A stretch of DNA of 64,000 nucleotides from Podarcis liolepis (taxonomy: Eukaryota), in the NCBI GenBank assembly GCA_965112155.1, contig OZ218098.1, one strand, 5' to 3'. The notes under the pieces were generated by a model, which did not search any database, was not told where the DNA came from, and saw only the letters and a list, made by a program, of their open reading frames with translations. Position numbers and translations under genes: made by a program. Positions 12,390-26,449 of the stretch are shown here, piece by piece (positions within the stretch are counted from its first letter, which is position 1; each line of letters opens with the position of its first letter).

Positions 12390-15300
12390 GACATATACTT
12401 TGAAACAAATGAGCAGAAATCCATCCCGGTGTTGATCTCAGGGCAGCTCAGCTCAAAAAGGCCTTAAGAGGCCCTATATGTTCCCATCTTGCCTCCCCCA
12501 CTGACTCTTCTCTCTCTTTTCATCATCTGAGTGCCTCTCCTTTCATGCCCACAACACTCATTTTGTTCTTGGGATGTTCCCAAACAAAAACTTCACAAAT
12601 ATGTGGTGGGAATTGTGGGCTTGATTCCAGTACTTCATAGTCCTGAAGGTGTGTGTTCTGAATTCTCTTCCGTAGCTTGTCCCCTTGCTCAGCTACTCTC
12701 AGGGGTTCAGCTGTAACTAGAAGGATACAGGAGTGGGAGAGGGATGTGGAAGAGTCATTTTTGTAAGGAATTATGATTTATCATTTTATACTACTAATAA
12801 AAGGTGAAAAAAGTGGTGTGAAGTTGGCAGAAGGTAGGCTCAGTATCTCATTAGCATCTTTCTGTGTTGTTTGTTGAACGCAAAGAGTTCTTTCTCTGTT
12901 TGAACAGTGACTCCTTTGCCCAAATCCATAGTCTATCACCTTCCATGTCTATTTTTTGATAGTGTTGTTGCTGTTGCTTAAATCTCAAGCCAGGGAAAAT
13001 ATATTATTTAGAACCTTTTCTTTTCTGAAAACTCTTAGGAAATGTTCTTTTCAAAACTTTAAATATTTAATTTGCACTTGGAACCTCAAGATCTTTTGGT
13101 TATGACTGAGGCCACAAGTCATCCAAACTCTTTGTCTAAGAAAAACAAATGCTTGGTACGTATCTTTGTTTTTTGAGATTCCATAGTACTGCTCTTTAAA
13201 AATGAGTCGATGGATGTTTCTTTATATGCTTGTTTCAGTGTTGTATAGATTTTGATCTTAGCTGTTTAGCAGCTGACCTCTTGCAAAGCTTATCCTAATA
13301 GTTATAACAGTGAAGCTGAGCTCTTGTGATGACCTTGAGTTTACTCCAGTGCCACACAACTTGCTCAAAGGATCAACGTGCAACAGAAAATAGCAAAACA
13401 GAAGTTATCCTGTGCATGGATCTCATAGATTTCAGTAACAGCATTGTGTGGAGTGTACCACCCTGTTTTTCCCTTAGTGATCAATCCAGGGATCATCTTA
13501 GCACCTGCACAGTTTGTGAACCTGAGCAATGCCACTTATGTGCCCAGAGTCTCCGTCCTGTTTACTAAATGGCAGCCATTTCCCTTTTTCAGAATGGGCT
13601 TTAATTTTACATTTAGTCTGTGGCTGCTGCGTCTTCACTCGATGACAGTCTGACCTAATTTGGCACATATGACTAGGGGAACCTGCTCATCCATCTGGGT
13701 GAAGCAGATGGGTTGGCAAATATTGAAGTGCTGCTGGGAGCATGGGAATGAAAATATCCCCTTCTACAACTCAGAAATGAGAAAAGCAGATAGTGCCGTG
13801 ATGGTGAGCGCATGTGAAATACAAAGGATGCAAGCTGCCAGGCATACAGCTGTGCACATGAGTTTGCCTTGTGGCTGAAAAGGAGGGATAAACTGTGCGT
13901 TCGACACTGCCCATTTGAAGGGAACGTTTCCTCAAGGGAATGTTTAATGCAGGGAACAACCAGTGCGGTGCCTTTCAGATGTGGTTGGTCTCCCAGTTCC
14001 AACTAGCATGACCAATAGCCAGGGACAGTGGGAGTTGTAGTTCAACAACATCTGGAGGGCGCAGATTCTTACTGAAAACCTCTTGCCTTAGACTTCTCTC
14101 CTTCAGCTCACCTAAGCAGACTTGACAAAGAGTTCTCCTTTGGGAAACTTATCTATTGTGCTTCTGTCCCATTTTCTGCTTTTTAGTTGTCTGCAGCTCT
14201 TATTGATCCTGTCACTTTCTGTGGCTTTTGTTTAATAAGATAATAAAAGGGTCTTTTTGAAGGCAACCTGGGTCCTGTGGAGTACTATGGGTGCTGTCCT
14301 TTGATTTGCCACCCCAATGGGCATATGCGTCATTAGGAGCACAGCCCATTGCCCCAGCCCCCAACCCTAGGAACATTAAAATGAGAAGGGTGGTATTGGT
14401 CTCAAGCCCAGCATAAAGAAGGATGAACTCAAGAGTGAAAAGACCACAATAGTCAATACACTTTCAAACCACAGAAAAGCTGGCGGAGGTGAGTGATTGA
14501 CTGTCTTCACATTGAGTTGTGCCTTCTGTCTGCCTGAACTGCTAAAGCTATCGACAACCCACATGAAATTCCCATCAGCAGGCGTAAGGCTTTTGTTTTC
14601 ACCGTTGTGTCTGGCTCCTTCACTCTCTCTCCCCTCCTTCCCCCCCCCTCGCTCTTGCCTGTAGGGAGATGGAGGCCGTCTCCTTGCCTTTCAACAGCTG
14701 ACTAAAGCAAGAGGAATCTACCTTCTCTGCTCCCTCCCCCTTTTGTTGGCATGGACAGCCTCTACTGTGGTCTGAGTTTTCAAGGTGCAGAACTAGGAGC
14801 TGGCGGGAAGTCTTCTTGACTGCCGCAGTGCAGAAGCCTTTGCTGTGAAATAGGGACAGCCCTGCTCTGAGATATGGTGCATTGCAGGGCTGGCCCACCC
14901 ATGAGGCAAGGTGAGGCGGCTGCCTCAGGCAGCAGGATCCACAACCTCCAAGGATTGCATTGCCCACTGCTACTGCATTCCCCCCTTGTCCCCATTGTAG
15001 TTCTTCACCCCTCCCCCTTGTTTTTGATGTAGGTCTTCACTCACCCTTTCTTCCCTGGCGGGTGGGGAGGCATTCTGTGGTTTGTCTCAGGTGCCAAAAT
15101 GTATTGGGCCGGCCCTGGTGCATTGTGTGATATGATGTGGGAGCAACACCACCTCCTCTGAAAATACCTTCCAACTTTGGGGTTAAGCCTTGGACAATAC
15201 ATCTTTCCATATCTGCTCAGGCTGGACCATGCCCCCTGAATCTTTATGTCTTCTAAATAGGTACCCCACCTGCCCCACCACCATGGGTCATTGTTAGAAA

Positions 15301-18300
15301 ACCTCCCCACCTTCCATTCTAGAAGCTCTGCAGTTGTGCTCCAGGTGTCATCCTGAAAAACACTAGTAGAGCACTTCAAAGAAGGTGTCATTCCCATTGT
15401 GGGGTTTTAGTTTTAGAGTGATTTTGGCCCACTGGTACTTTGCCTATGCCAACCCAGTGGACTCACAACAAGTATCATCCTGAACAGCCATGATTCACAG
15501 AACTGTGAAATGCAAATGGATAAAAGTAGGAAGCAGGCATTCTTCTGTGCAGAGTGAGAATGACACTGGTGTTTGATGGGCCTTTCCCCAATCTTGGGGC
15601 CTCAGCCAACGGCCAACAACACTCCCCTGAGGAGCCTGCCCTGGCAGATGTGGGGAACATAAGAAGCTCTGTTATGCGGACCTCTGATCCATCTAGCTCA
15701 GGCTTGTCTACACTGAATGGTAGTGACTCTCTCAGATTTCAGACCTACCTCTCAGTCCTACTTGGAGATGCTGGGGATTGAACCTGGGACCTTCTGCAAG
15801 CAAAGCAGATCCTTGACCACTTAGTAAAGGGCCTTATAATGTCACCTTTCTTTTGCAGTTGCCAATACTCAGGAGAGCTCAAAATGTATTTAGAGTTGCA
15901 TTCTGCAAGCTGGCTCCACCTCTCAGGGGCAGACCCTGGCACTGTCCATTTGTCACCGAAGTGGTGAACGACATCATCAACCTTCCTCTGAAAGGAAAGG
16001 AGGCACTTTTTTTCTTGTTAGAACAAGGATATGAAAAACAAAACAAAACAAAGATGCTCTTTTTCACTTTCAAGATTCTCTTCAGTTGTAAGCCAGCCTG
16101 AGTAATAAGAGTGTATTTGTCTGGAATTGTTCTTTGGGGTTTTTTTTTGGGGGGGGCGAGAATGTGCACACTCTAGAGAGCTCCCTGTCTTGCATCTGAC
16201 TGTGAATACAGCAGGAGCATCAAATGATTATATCACTCAGTGTGCAACACTACTTTTAAAGCTTCAGCCTCTGAACAGTCTTGGAGAAAAAAGTTTTAAA
16301 GCCCCACTAAGCTACATGATTATGACGATGATGGTGATGTATTAAATTTATATACTGCCCTTCATCCGAAGATGGCAGATTCTGCTCTGCCCACCATGGT
16401 GAATGATGAGGGCTTGGCTTCAAACTAGGATATCTTTTCTGATGTACGGTAGGTTGCAAGGCAGCACCTCCAATCCCCAGGAACTGGGGTGAGGAGAAAG
16501 AATATGATGGGAGCTTATAAGAGAAGCAGGGAAGCAGCGAGACAGTGCTGGTGTCAAGAAGTGTGAAGGATCAATTACATTCCCGACTTGATATTTAGTT
16601 TTCTGATGGTCTAAACCCATCAGTCCATTAGTTTCAACGCAGCTAAAGGTGGGACTTGACCCAAACGGTGTTCTTTAAATGCCGTCTGCCCTTATTTAAA
16701 ACCAAGGCTGCTGGGGCGGGGGGTGAGGAGAGGAATTATGCCTTTCTATGTCTTCATTGTTCAGCAGCTGGAAAAATGCTGCTGTGGTTGTGTGAGGTCC
16801 CTCTGGAAGAAAAAGAAAAGTTTTGGCGAGTATGGAATGGAAAGGAATGATCTGGCTGTGTCCCTGGTCTCCTCCCCTTTGGGCAGAACTGTCTCTTTTT
16901 CTCTCTCCCTCTCTCCCTCCAGCTGCACTCTTTTTCCACTCCCTTCTGTCATTCTGCCTCTTTCCCCACCTCTTTCCCTCCCTCCTGCTCCCCCCACCAC
17001 CACTCCCCAACTCTCTGTGCCTCTCAGGGACTTGTGCTGAGCATTTCAGTGGCTGGGAGCTCCCAGCAGCCCTCCTTCTTCCATGCTCCGGTCACTCAGC
17101 CTCTTCTGTGATGTCATTTCTGAAATCACATAACTACGGGATGATAAGTGGAGCCCTCGGGATCTGACTGGCTGAAATTACAGACAGGGTTTTATCCCAC
17201 TCGCTTCCTACAAGCCAGGGGGAAAATAAACCTCACTCCCATGCCTGACAGATGGAAAGGCAGTGTGCTCCAGCAGGGTCTTCCAGGAGCAGCCACTGCA
17301 AACTTCAGCTCTGAAGAATAAATAGCCAAGCCCAGATTCTCTCCAGCTGCGGAGAGGCTTTCCTGTGCGGTGAGTTTACCTTCCCTGTCTTGGGGTTCAG
17401 TTTTTCTCTTGGGATGATCCGTGCTCAGAGTGTTCAGTCCTTCCCACCTGGGATGATGGTGGTGGGAGACAAGGAGCAGTTTCTTGGTATTGCAGCAGCC
17501 TCATAGCAGATGCTAGGCTGGGACTGAGGTTCAGAGTACAGAGTGCACACAGCTTTCCTGGTGGAACTGCGGCATAGCTTTGCCCCCTCAGGGTCTTTGC
17601 CTACCTACAAAGAGAGCATCTTGTGCAGGCCACTCTAACTGCAGGCAAACTGGAAATCTGTCAAGGGCAAGCCACTTTCTGATTATAATTATCGTTGGTT
17701 TTTTTTTTTGTTTTTTTGCAACATACACAAATAGAAGCCTTGTAGTATTAACTTGATTGAACTTGTGTGCGTTAATCTTCACAGCATGCCCACTCAAGGT
17801 GTTTTCGTTATCTGACATGTGTTAAGACTTGTCACACAGTTTCTTGGGATGGCACAAGGGTGACAGGATGCAAAAGCTTTACCTAGAGGTTTCTGGGTGC
17901 AAATCAGTACTCTCTGGGGTCAGTGGGGGCTGGCGGGCTGAATCATATCAAACGTACCTTTCCGGGTACTACTACATACTGAGCACAGGTTGAAAGCTGA
18001 ACCCAGTGCTAACTGCAGTCCTCAGGGAATAGGAACTGAACTCTGAATAATAAATCCAGCCTCCCCAATCCCAGCCCACCCAAAGCTGAATATTTGATCT
18101 TGTACTCTCTTGTCTTAGGGGTTGTTGTTTACTCCGACATGTAAACGATTCCTTCTCGTTCGTATTTTTACGCAGGGATGCAGCTGACGCCACCCAGGCT
18201 TGCAAAAAGTATATTTGGAATTGACTTTCATTTCATTTTCATTTCCAGAAAGCTGGACTCTGTGCCAATTGGCACCACTGCCTTTCTTACTGCTGCTTCT

Positions 18301-18955
18301 TTTTATATCTTTTGTCTATCAGGACATGGACTTGTTCCTTTTTGTATGTGGGGTGAGGGGTGCAAGATATGTGGCCAAGGATGCAGAGAGACATCTGGTA
18401 TATTATTTTCAATTTTGGTGAAAGAAGTGTGGCTTCAAAGGCTGGGTGTGGTATATGCCCACCTGGCTAGGCTGGTCAATATCCATCAGTGAAGCAGAGA
18501 GCGGGGGTGAGATCCGGAGGGGAAAGGGCTTGTTTTCTCCTGGTGTTGAGATCCCTGTTCTTGCATCTGAATCAATACAGATAGCTCCAGCTACTTCTTC
18601 CCCCTTTCATACCATCGCAGTATCAAATGCCTCTGACAGCTCTGGCAGCTGGGTCAATAAACAAATGGGTGTTCTTCCTCCTCCCTTCATGTCACTTGAC
18701 TGAATAGCTCTGCTGGCACTCATTACCGTAACAGAGGAGATGGACAAGAGGGGCACCTGTTACTAGTAAGCTGGGCATCGCAACAGGTTTTTGTTGTTGT
18801 TTAGCTTCTGGGGAATTGGCCCTTGTGTTAGCTGGAAACAATCACCGAGTGCGTGCAGGACAAACAAAATGTTAAAATAAATCTATTGACAGAGGGCATT
18901 TGAGGGTGGTTTCGACCTGTGGATTCCTGTTTGTGGCGCATATGGTGATTCTCCA

Positions 18956-18980
18956 TCATAATAGGGTGCCCCTATTATGG
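18956..18980. promoter_or_regulatory. Inverted pair of CArG (SRF) boxes: TCATAATAGG and CCTATTATGG
   Basis: Perfect CC(A/T)6GG at 18971-80 and a 1-mismatch inverted copy at 18956-65. Confidence 0.45.
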
Positions 18981-21900
18981 CGGTAATGTTGATCTCTCTT
19001 GGAAGAGCTCACAGAGATAGCAAACAGAGGCAATGAGGAGCACTGCAGTTGTTCACCTGCCTGGACCTTTCATTTCACTGTAGTTTCACAAGTCTGCTGA
19101 CTGGTTTTTGCCTATTGGAAGCAAAACCTTATATTCAGGAGGCTCAAAAAGCATGAACTTTGGAGGTAGAACCCATGACTTCTGCGGCAGCTGTTTACCT
19201 GTGAGAGCAGCCTGTGCAGAAAGACAGCGGGGGGGGGGGGGAGGAGAGAGAACACACAATGGCCTTTGTGCTGGGTTAGTAGTTGCCTCTAGGGAAGGAA
19301 GAGGGTGCCAGAGGTTTTTATGTGGCTGGGCCCCCATTGCTCGATGCACTGGACCTCTGTGTGGTCCAGTATCCCCTCTGGATTAAGTCTGAAAATGCCA
19401 ATGTGAAAGCAGACTTAAACTGCACATCGTTTCTGTACCATAATGCCACCTCTAAGGAGAAACATAGACAACCCAAATTTTGTTGATTTTATCTATAACT
19501 TTTGATAAAACACTTTACAGTATTTTATGTAAACTGCTAAGATGCTTTTCTTTTTCTTTTGATCAAGTGGTCCATTGCATTTTGTTAAGTAGAATAAACA
19601 GCCCCAACAGTTTCCCGCATCTGCTGCTGTTATGTAAAACAACAAAATGGTGGGCACTCCTGATCATAGATGCTGAATTGCATCTGACTTGGCCATGATC
19701 TGTCATACCTTGATGTGAACTTCTTGCTCGCCCATTTTCATCCTCAACAGTGAGGGTACACAGCAACGTAAGCCCTATGGAACCGAGGCACCCAGCACAT
19801 CCTCAAGTTCCCCCACCCTTCTTTTGCTAAGTGGCCTGTGGCATGTTCAGACTGGCAGGATGGTGGTCGACTAAGTTCTACTCAAAGTAGACCAGTTGGT
19901 ATTAATAAACATAACATAGTGGCGCTAATTAATTTCAGTGAGTTGACTTTGAGGAAAGCTTAACGGAATACCATCCTCAGTATTTTGTGGGAGGGATTCA
20001 AGTGTCTGCCGGAACTTTAGGTTTGCACAGTTAAAGTGGATTACAGGCTTCTGTCACCCTTGCATAGCAAATCCACTAAAAAGGGAAAAGAACCCCCCCA
20101 AAAAACTTTTTGTGATTTGGAAAGTGATGGAGAAATGCGTTGAAAAATGCATGAACACATGTGAATCAGGTTGAATGCTCATTGCCATATAACTGTTCTG
20201 TAACACATTGGAACAAGTGCTGAATAAAGACCAGACATAGTCTAACGGCTGGGTAAGCTACGTGTAAGCAGATCAGGGTGAATGGTAAATAAACAGATCC
20301 TCTTAATGTGCTCTTTCCCCTCTGAAAATGGCATTGCAGGGGAAAGGGATGAGTCTCTTTCCTCTGTGTCCCCTACTAATGTTACTGTGGGCCTTTCAAA
20401 TAGGATGACACTCAGGGTGCATTCTGGGATGTTTTCTGGCTGTGTTTGCAATTTAAAAATAATCACTTGAGCTTGGCAGAAGGATAACTTTGAGAGGGTT
20501 CTACTGGCACCAATAGGCGGATGCTGGTCCCATTGACCAAATAAAGATACATGTGTCCCCCCCCCCTTTTCTTTTGTTCCTCTGTTTCCTATTGGTGCCT
20601 CCTGCCCCATGTGCTTAATACAGCAGCAACACCAAGAGACCTGGACAAATTCACCCATGGCCACAGTTCCATCTTTCTCCACACAAACTAGCTGAGGGAG
20701 GTGGTTAGAGATCTGGAGAGCTGGTGTTCCTTCAAGAAAAGTGGGGAGTGGAGTGAACTTTCTCCTCCAGTATTACTTTGTGGCTTCCCCACAAAGTTCA
20801 CCAGTTGATTTGAAGGCTATGTGTGTGGTTGCCCAGCCCTTGGGAAGAATGTTAGAGCTTCGTCCCATCCTTTTTAAAGCGAAGTGGGAGGCATGCCAGC
20901 CGATGGGCAACCTGGGCTACAAATAACCATTGTGGGAAAAGGTCAGTTTAGAGAAGCTATGTGTGGAGAGCTGCTTCTCAAAAGGGGCCAGAAATTATTT
21001 GATAGTCTTGGGTCAGCTGGATACATAGAAAACACTGGGAAGTAAGCTAGTATTATGGCTGCAGCTTGTGAATACATATGTCTGCGTTCTCTGGAAAACA
21101 GTTACTTTAAATAAATTTTGGAATGGTGCTGAATGTGTATCTGTACCACTGTCCCATAATTGCTGGTGTATGAAAGAATGTACGTTATGTGCCGCTGCTT
21201 CTCTGGGCATATACTGGTTAAGCACTACTGTCTCTGTGTGTATTTCTTGATGGTTACTCTGTGTATACACATATAAAAAGTGTGATTGTTGCTTTTGAGT
21301 AGTATTTTATATGCAATTGGTGGTGGTGGTTATTCTGAGTCCATGTCTGTTCCCGTTTGCTGAATATCTGTGTGTGTCCACATGCACTGTTCTGCTACAC
21401 CCACCCACACCCCTATAAACACCCAAGTTTGGTATTCTCTTCTCACAGCTTTAGTACCTAAGAAAGAGGGGAATGAAGTAGGGCATGCTCTCAGTGAAGA
21501 CAACACAACTTTACTTGGTTGTCTGCCTTGTGTGATGGTTGGTCTAAACCTATTTTCATTTTATGCCCCCTGCTTCTGTGTGTTTGTGTGCACACATGCT
21601 TTTGCTTAGGTAGTGTTCTGTAGGAAAGAAATTGGGCTTCCTGCTGGCAGGTTAGAACTTCGAAGCAGTTACGGAAGTGCTTGCTGTTTGCAGATAGGAG
21701 CCCTATGACTTCACACTCTTCCATTAGGCCATCTTCCGTTCCTGAAGTCAATCCTTGGCTTATTGCCAGATAGAAGTCACTTTTTCCCCCTAAATGAAAG
21801 CATTCCATATTGTGGTGCAACCAGTTCCAGGAAACCTCACAGGAGACCTAAGAAAAAGGCAGAACGTTTCTGTGTGAGAAAGAAAGGATCCTCCAGTATG

Positions 21901-22539
21901 AGCTGGAACTCATGTTGAAACAATCCTATATCCCAAATTGCTTTGTTTTCTGTGCAATTAAACATTGCCTTTTTATGTTTCATAAGCCCACTTCATGCAT
22001 GCTTAAAATCCCTACATGGAGCAGTCCTGAAACCTCAGCTGCAAAGAGAAAGTTATGTGTGATCTAATGAGACCATATAGTTTTCCATTGATGACTATAC
22101 AAGCACAAGAGTATAATAAAAAATGTTGTTGTTGTTGCTACGTAATAATGTATTAGATGCCATGGTTTTAAGTCATGGCTTCTTAAAATGATTAAAAACA
22201 TATAAACAGCATAATCACAGTCATGGTAACAGCAGTAAAAGTATTGTAGATCAATAGTTCACAGCCAACTATTTAAATGTAAGGCTATAAATTGAAGTTT
22301 GCTATCTATAAAATCACCTTTTAAAAAGCAGTCCTGAACAAAGACCTTTTTAAGAACCCGGGGGGGGGGAGGGGGCTCATCATTTATCTGGGGGTGGGTG
22401 GGAGAGTAATCCATAGTTTTTGGGCTGCCTCAGATAAGGTCTCATCTGCTGTACCAGCTAGGCAGCCTGACCTCCCTTCCTGGTGGGCACATGAACAGAA
22501 CTTTGGTGGCTGATCTCAAATCCTTGACAGGTTATCCTT

Positions 22540-22792
22540 GAGAGCCAGTGTGGTGTAGTGGTTAAGAGCGGTAGTCTCGTAATCTGGGGAACCGGGTTCG
22601 CGTCTCTGCTCCTCCACATGCAGCTGCTGGGTGACCTTGGGCCAGTCACACTTCTTTGAAGTCTCTCAGCCCCACTCACCTCACAGAGTGTTTGTTGTGG
22701 GGGAGGAAGGGAAAGGAGAATGTTAGCCGCTTTGAGACTCCTTAAAGGGAGTGAAAGGCGGGATATCAAATCCAAACTCTTCTCTTCTTCTT
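22540..22792 (+). mobile_element. Squam3-type SINE, copy 2, apparently inserted in an old L2 remnant
   Basis: Starts gagagccagtgtggtgtagtggttaagagc, has A/B boxes and a (CTT)n tail. Confidence 0.87.
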
Positions 22793-24712
22793 ACAGTACA
22801 GGTCACAGGTGCCCCTTTGATTTACTTGGTCCCAGATGTTTCAGGAGGACTTTAATGGTCACTATTAGGGCATATAGGCAGACAGTGCAGCTGAGGCAAA
22901 GTAGGTGGGTCCTCTGTGCCCACATGAACTGTCACCAGTGTCTTGACTATAATAGTATAATAGACTATAAGACTATAATAGATTGTCCAAAGAAGGCGGG
23001 GAAAACCTGTTGCTGCATAATTCCATGACTGAGGAGATCAAATATCTCCTCAAAACATTGCTGCCTTACCTTGCAAACCACCTGCAGCATAAGGTTCATC
23101 TCTAGATCTGTCTATACAATTCTTTAGTGCCCGTGATGCTAGTGGAAATTAGATGGACCTTCCGCTTGCTTGTTTGTTCATTCATTCATTCATGCATGCA
23201 TTTAACATGATTTATATACCGCTTAATCCAAGAAACCTCCAAGTGGTTTATACAAAACAGTCTTACGGTGAGCAAAAGTGTAAAATGTTCTCCGCCACAA
23301 ACACACACATTTCTTAAAAGCATTCCCAGTGCTATTCATACCCATGTTTCTTTTCACTAGGTTGATATCATTTTATTTTATTTTATTTGGTTAGGTTCTC
23401 TTTTCTGAAGTGACCCCATCCAGTCAAGCACCACTATTAGTGAGTGCCAGGCTTGCCTAATTCCAACTGAATTCAGAGAGAAGGCAGTGCTTCCTGCATT
23501 GCATGACCCTCACTCTTAATGGGCATTTGTGGGGAAGGCAGAACACAGCAACCACTTAAATGGGTATGAAGAGGAAGGTAAATTCCTGCACTTGCAACAC
23601 TACAAACACTTTTTCTCCCTTTCAAGCTCCCTCTCTCATCACTGAAAAGAGGAGAAGAGGTGCCGATTATAGATTAAAGTGTTAGTGAGAAGTGCCCCCC
23701 TCCATTTTAACTTGGCCCTGGCCTTCAAAACATCTTAATCAAAAGCAGAATGAAATATTAGCAGGAGAGCTCTTTTTATCCCCATCAAGACCATTTGTTT
23801 TATTTTGGACTGCAAAGTGAACACAATGCTTTTTTTAGTTGGTGGAATCAGGTTGTTGTTGTTGTACTGCTGTTTAAAAAAGCATTGTTGCTTGAATTAA
23901 GGTAAAATGCCAGATGAATTTTCATGTTCCTCTGAGCAGGCACACTTGGGCTACTTTTGCTCTTACAGTAAAGTTCCAAACCTATAGAATGGAAGCAGGT
24001 GGTTGGCTTCCCTCTTATGAGAAGGTTGCATGTTCTGAGCCTTTGGTAGGAGGATCCAGCCTTGGTGCTACGTCAGGGTTATACAACATCAGGGCTGTAC
24101 GACAGGTGACTCACCAAACCTAACACAACCCATCAGCTGCATATTGGGGCCTGCCTGTGCCTAAAAGCCCCCCTGGTCATGCAGCAAAAATAGGATTATT
24201 GAAGTCCTTTGTCTTGGTGGGTCACAACTTGTGCAGACTTGACTAGAGGATCTTCTGGTCTCTGCCTTTTCATGGTGTCCCAACCATTCTCAACTTGCTT
24301 ACCTCTTGCTAAAGAGGTTTCATGTATCCTGGGATCAATACAGGTACATTTGCTACAAAACATGCTGTGTTTTGTAATAGCAGGTCAAGAAGAAAATAGC
24401 CAGCAAATGTGTTTTACTCCAGTAGCCGCCAGCACTTCTCTGGCTGCGATTAGGTCCTGTGGGAGCAGAACATGGCAGGGGCTGTGCTACCATCAGAGAG
24501 ACACACTGGCGTCTCTTGTCTTCAGAGGCCTGGAGGGCACAGGATGTGATAATGCTTGGCAGCTGGTTGGCAGGGTCGCAGTGTCCCTTCTCATTGTAGC
24601 TAAATGCAGACGACCAGCCCAGGTATTGTTTATGTCTTAATTGGAACACATAAGCTTTTGCAGCATAACAGCTATTGATTTTCCTGTCTCCCTTCTCTTT
24701 TCCTCCATGCAG

Positions 24713-26449
24713 AGGTTGGTCACACCCAAGGGCCTCTGGATGGCAGCCTATATGCCAAGGTGAAGAAGAAAGACTCACTCCACGGCAGCACCGGCACCGT
24801 CAACACCAACCGCATCACGCTCTCGGCTGCCCCCAACCACATTGAGCACACACTCTCTGTTAGCAGTGATTCGGGCAACTCCACTGCCTCCACCAAGACA
24901 GACAAGACTGACGAGCAGGCAGTGCCCACAGTCCCCGGCAGCAGCGGAGGAAGCAACCCTATACTAACCCCAGAGGAGAAGCGGGAGCTTGACAGCTTGC
25001 TCAGCGGCTTTGGCTTGGAGAACGAGGCCGCCATGCATAACCACAACCCCAGCGGGGGAGCAGTGGTTTCTTCCACCACCTCAGGCCGCCACATTGTTCC
25101 GGCTCAGGTGCATGTCAACGGGGAAGCTGCCAGCTTGGTGGCCGAGAGGGAAACAGACATTCTGGATGACGAGTTGCCCAACCAGGATGGGCACAGCGTG
25201 GGGAGCCTGGGCACCCTCTCGTCATTTGATGGCACTACCAACACCAGTGACATGGGCTACCACGAGGCTCCTCGGATGGAGAGCCTCAACTCCTTGCCCA
25301 ATGGGTCGTCCAACTTCAATGGCATAGACAAGCTGCACGATTCAGAGACGGTGATCAATGGTGGCTACCCCTACAACAACCAGAACACCTTGCGGAGCAT
25401 GATGGGACGTCACCCCCAGGACCCGTATGGGCACATCCGTCCTTCAGTGTCTGCCCAGGAGAATTTGGCCGACTACTACCAGCATGGCTTCCCCACTCCT
25501 GGCTGGTTGCAACCCCAGCCGCCAGCTGCAAGCCAGCAGTACCCTTACGGCTACGATCCAAATGGCATATACCGCTCGCAGTCCTTCCCCACAGCGACTG
25601 CTGAGAGCCCCCAGCTGCCCCAGGCACCAGCCCGGAGCACGAGTAGCCGGGAAGCTGTCCAGAGGGGACTTAACTCTTGGCAGCAGCAAAGTGGAGGCAG
25701 CAGACCACCTTCCCGCCAACAGGATGGTGCCCGAGACAGCCAAAGTCCCAGTGTTTCCAGTGCAAGCCCTCAGCCCAGCCCTTCACAAGCAGCACCCCCT
25801 CAAAGCATCAGCATCCCTGAATTCCCCAGGGTGGCCTCCCAGAAGGAAATAGAGCAGTCCATTGAGGCCCTCAACATGCTCATGCTTGACCTGGACCCTT
25901 CTGTCTCCATGATGCACAAGTCCCAGAGTGTCCCGGTGTCTTCCAGAGAAGATAAGCCACGCCCGGTGGCTCTTTCAGTATCTGCCCAGCCTGTGACTGG
26001 TCCTCAAGTGGTGCAGCCAAAGTCTACCAATCCTTTTGGCCCTATTCCAGGAAGCCCTTCCCACAACTCCATGGGCATCTCTGTGTCCCAGCTGCCTGAC
26101 CACCAGGCGCCTAAAGCTCATCCCACAAAGCTATTGCTCCACAATGCTGCAGAGCCAGAGTACCCCGCGCAGGATGACCAGGAGGCTTATTTGTCCTATG
26201 GCTATCCAAACCAGCAAGCCAGGAGCTATGGCCAGGCCGCAGGAAGCCCTCCTACATCTCCCAGGCCTCACGCAATGGCATATAAGCTCATGGAAGCTCA
26301 GCATCCCCTGCTGACCTCACCCCCATCCCCTGGGATGACAATTCAAGCCCAGGTACCAATAAAGAATGAGGAGAACAGTGAGGAACCTTCTCGCCCCACA
26401 GAGGAAGAGCCTTTGCATCTTGAAGGTCTGGTGGCCCACAGGGTAGCAG
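24713..26449 (+). CDS. TNS1: Tensin-1 large central coding exon (1737 nt, phase 1-1): (E)[19 protein letters not shown]...[10 protein letters not shown]
   Basis: Polypyrimidine tract with cag acceptor (AG 24711-12) and donor GCAG/gtagga at 26449/26450. Translation has tensin-1 hallmark blocks: [84 protein letters not shown] and [10 protein letters not shown]. Confidence 0.97.
25846..25896 (+). other. TNS1: LD-like talin-binding helix [17 protein letters not shown] within the large exon
   Basis: Conserved amphipathic motif matching the talin-binding site described in the tensin disordered region (established for tensin-3). Confidence 0.7.

Noticed and set aside
14600-14915. Strong acceptor (cctgtag/ at 14664) with a downstream gtgagg donor
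   Set aside because: Stops occur in all three frames before the donor, and nothing else supports it.
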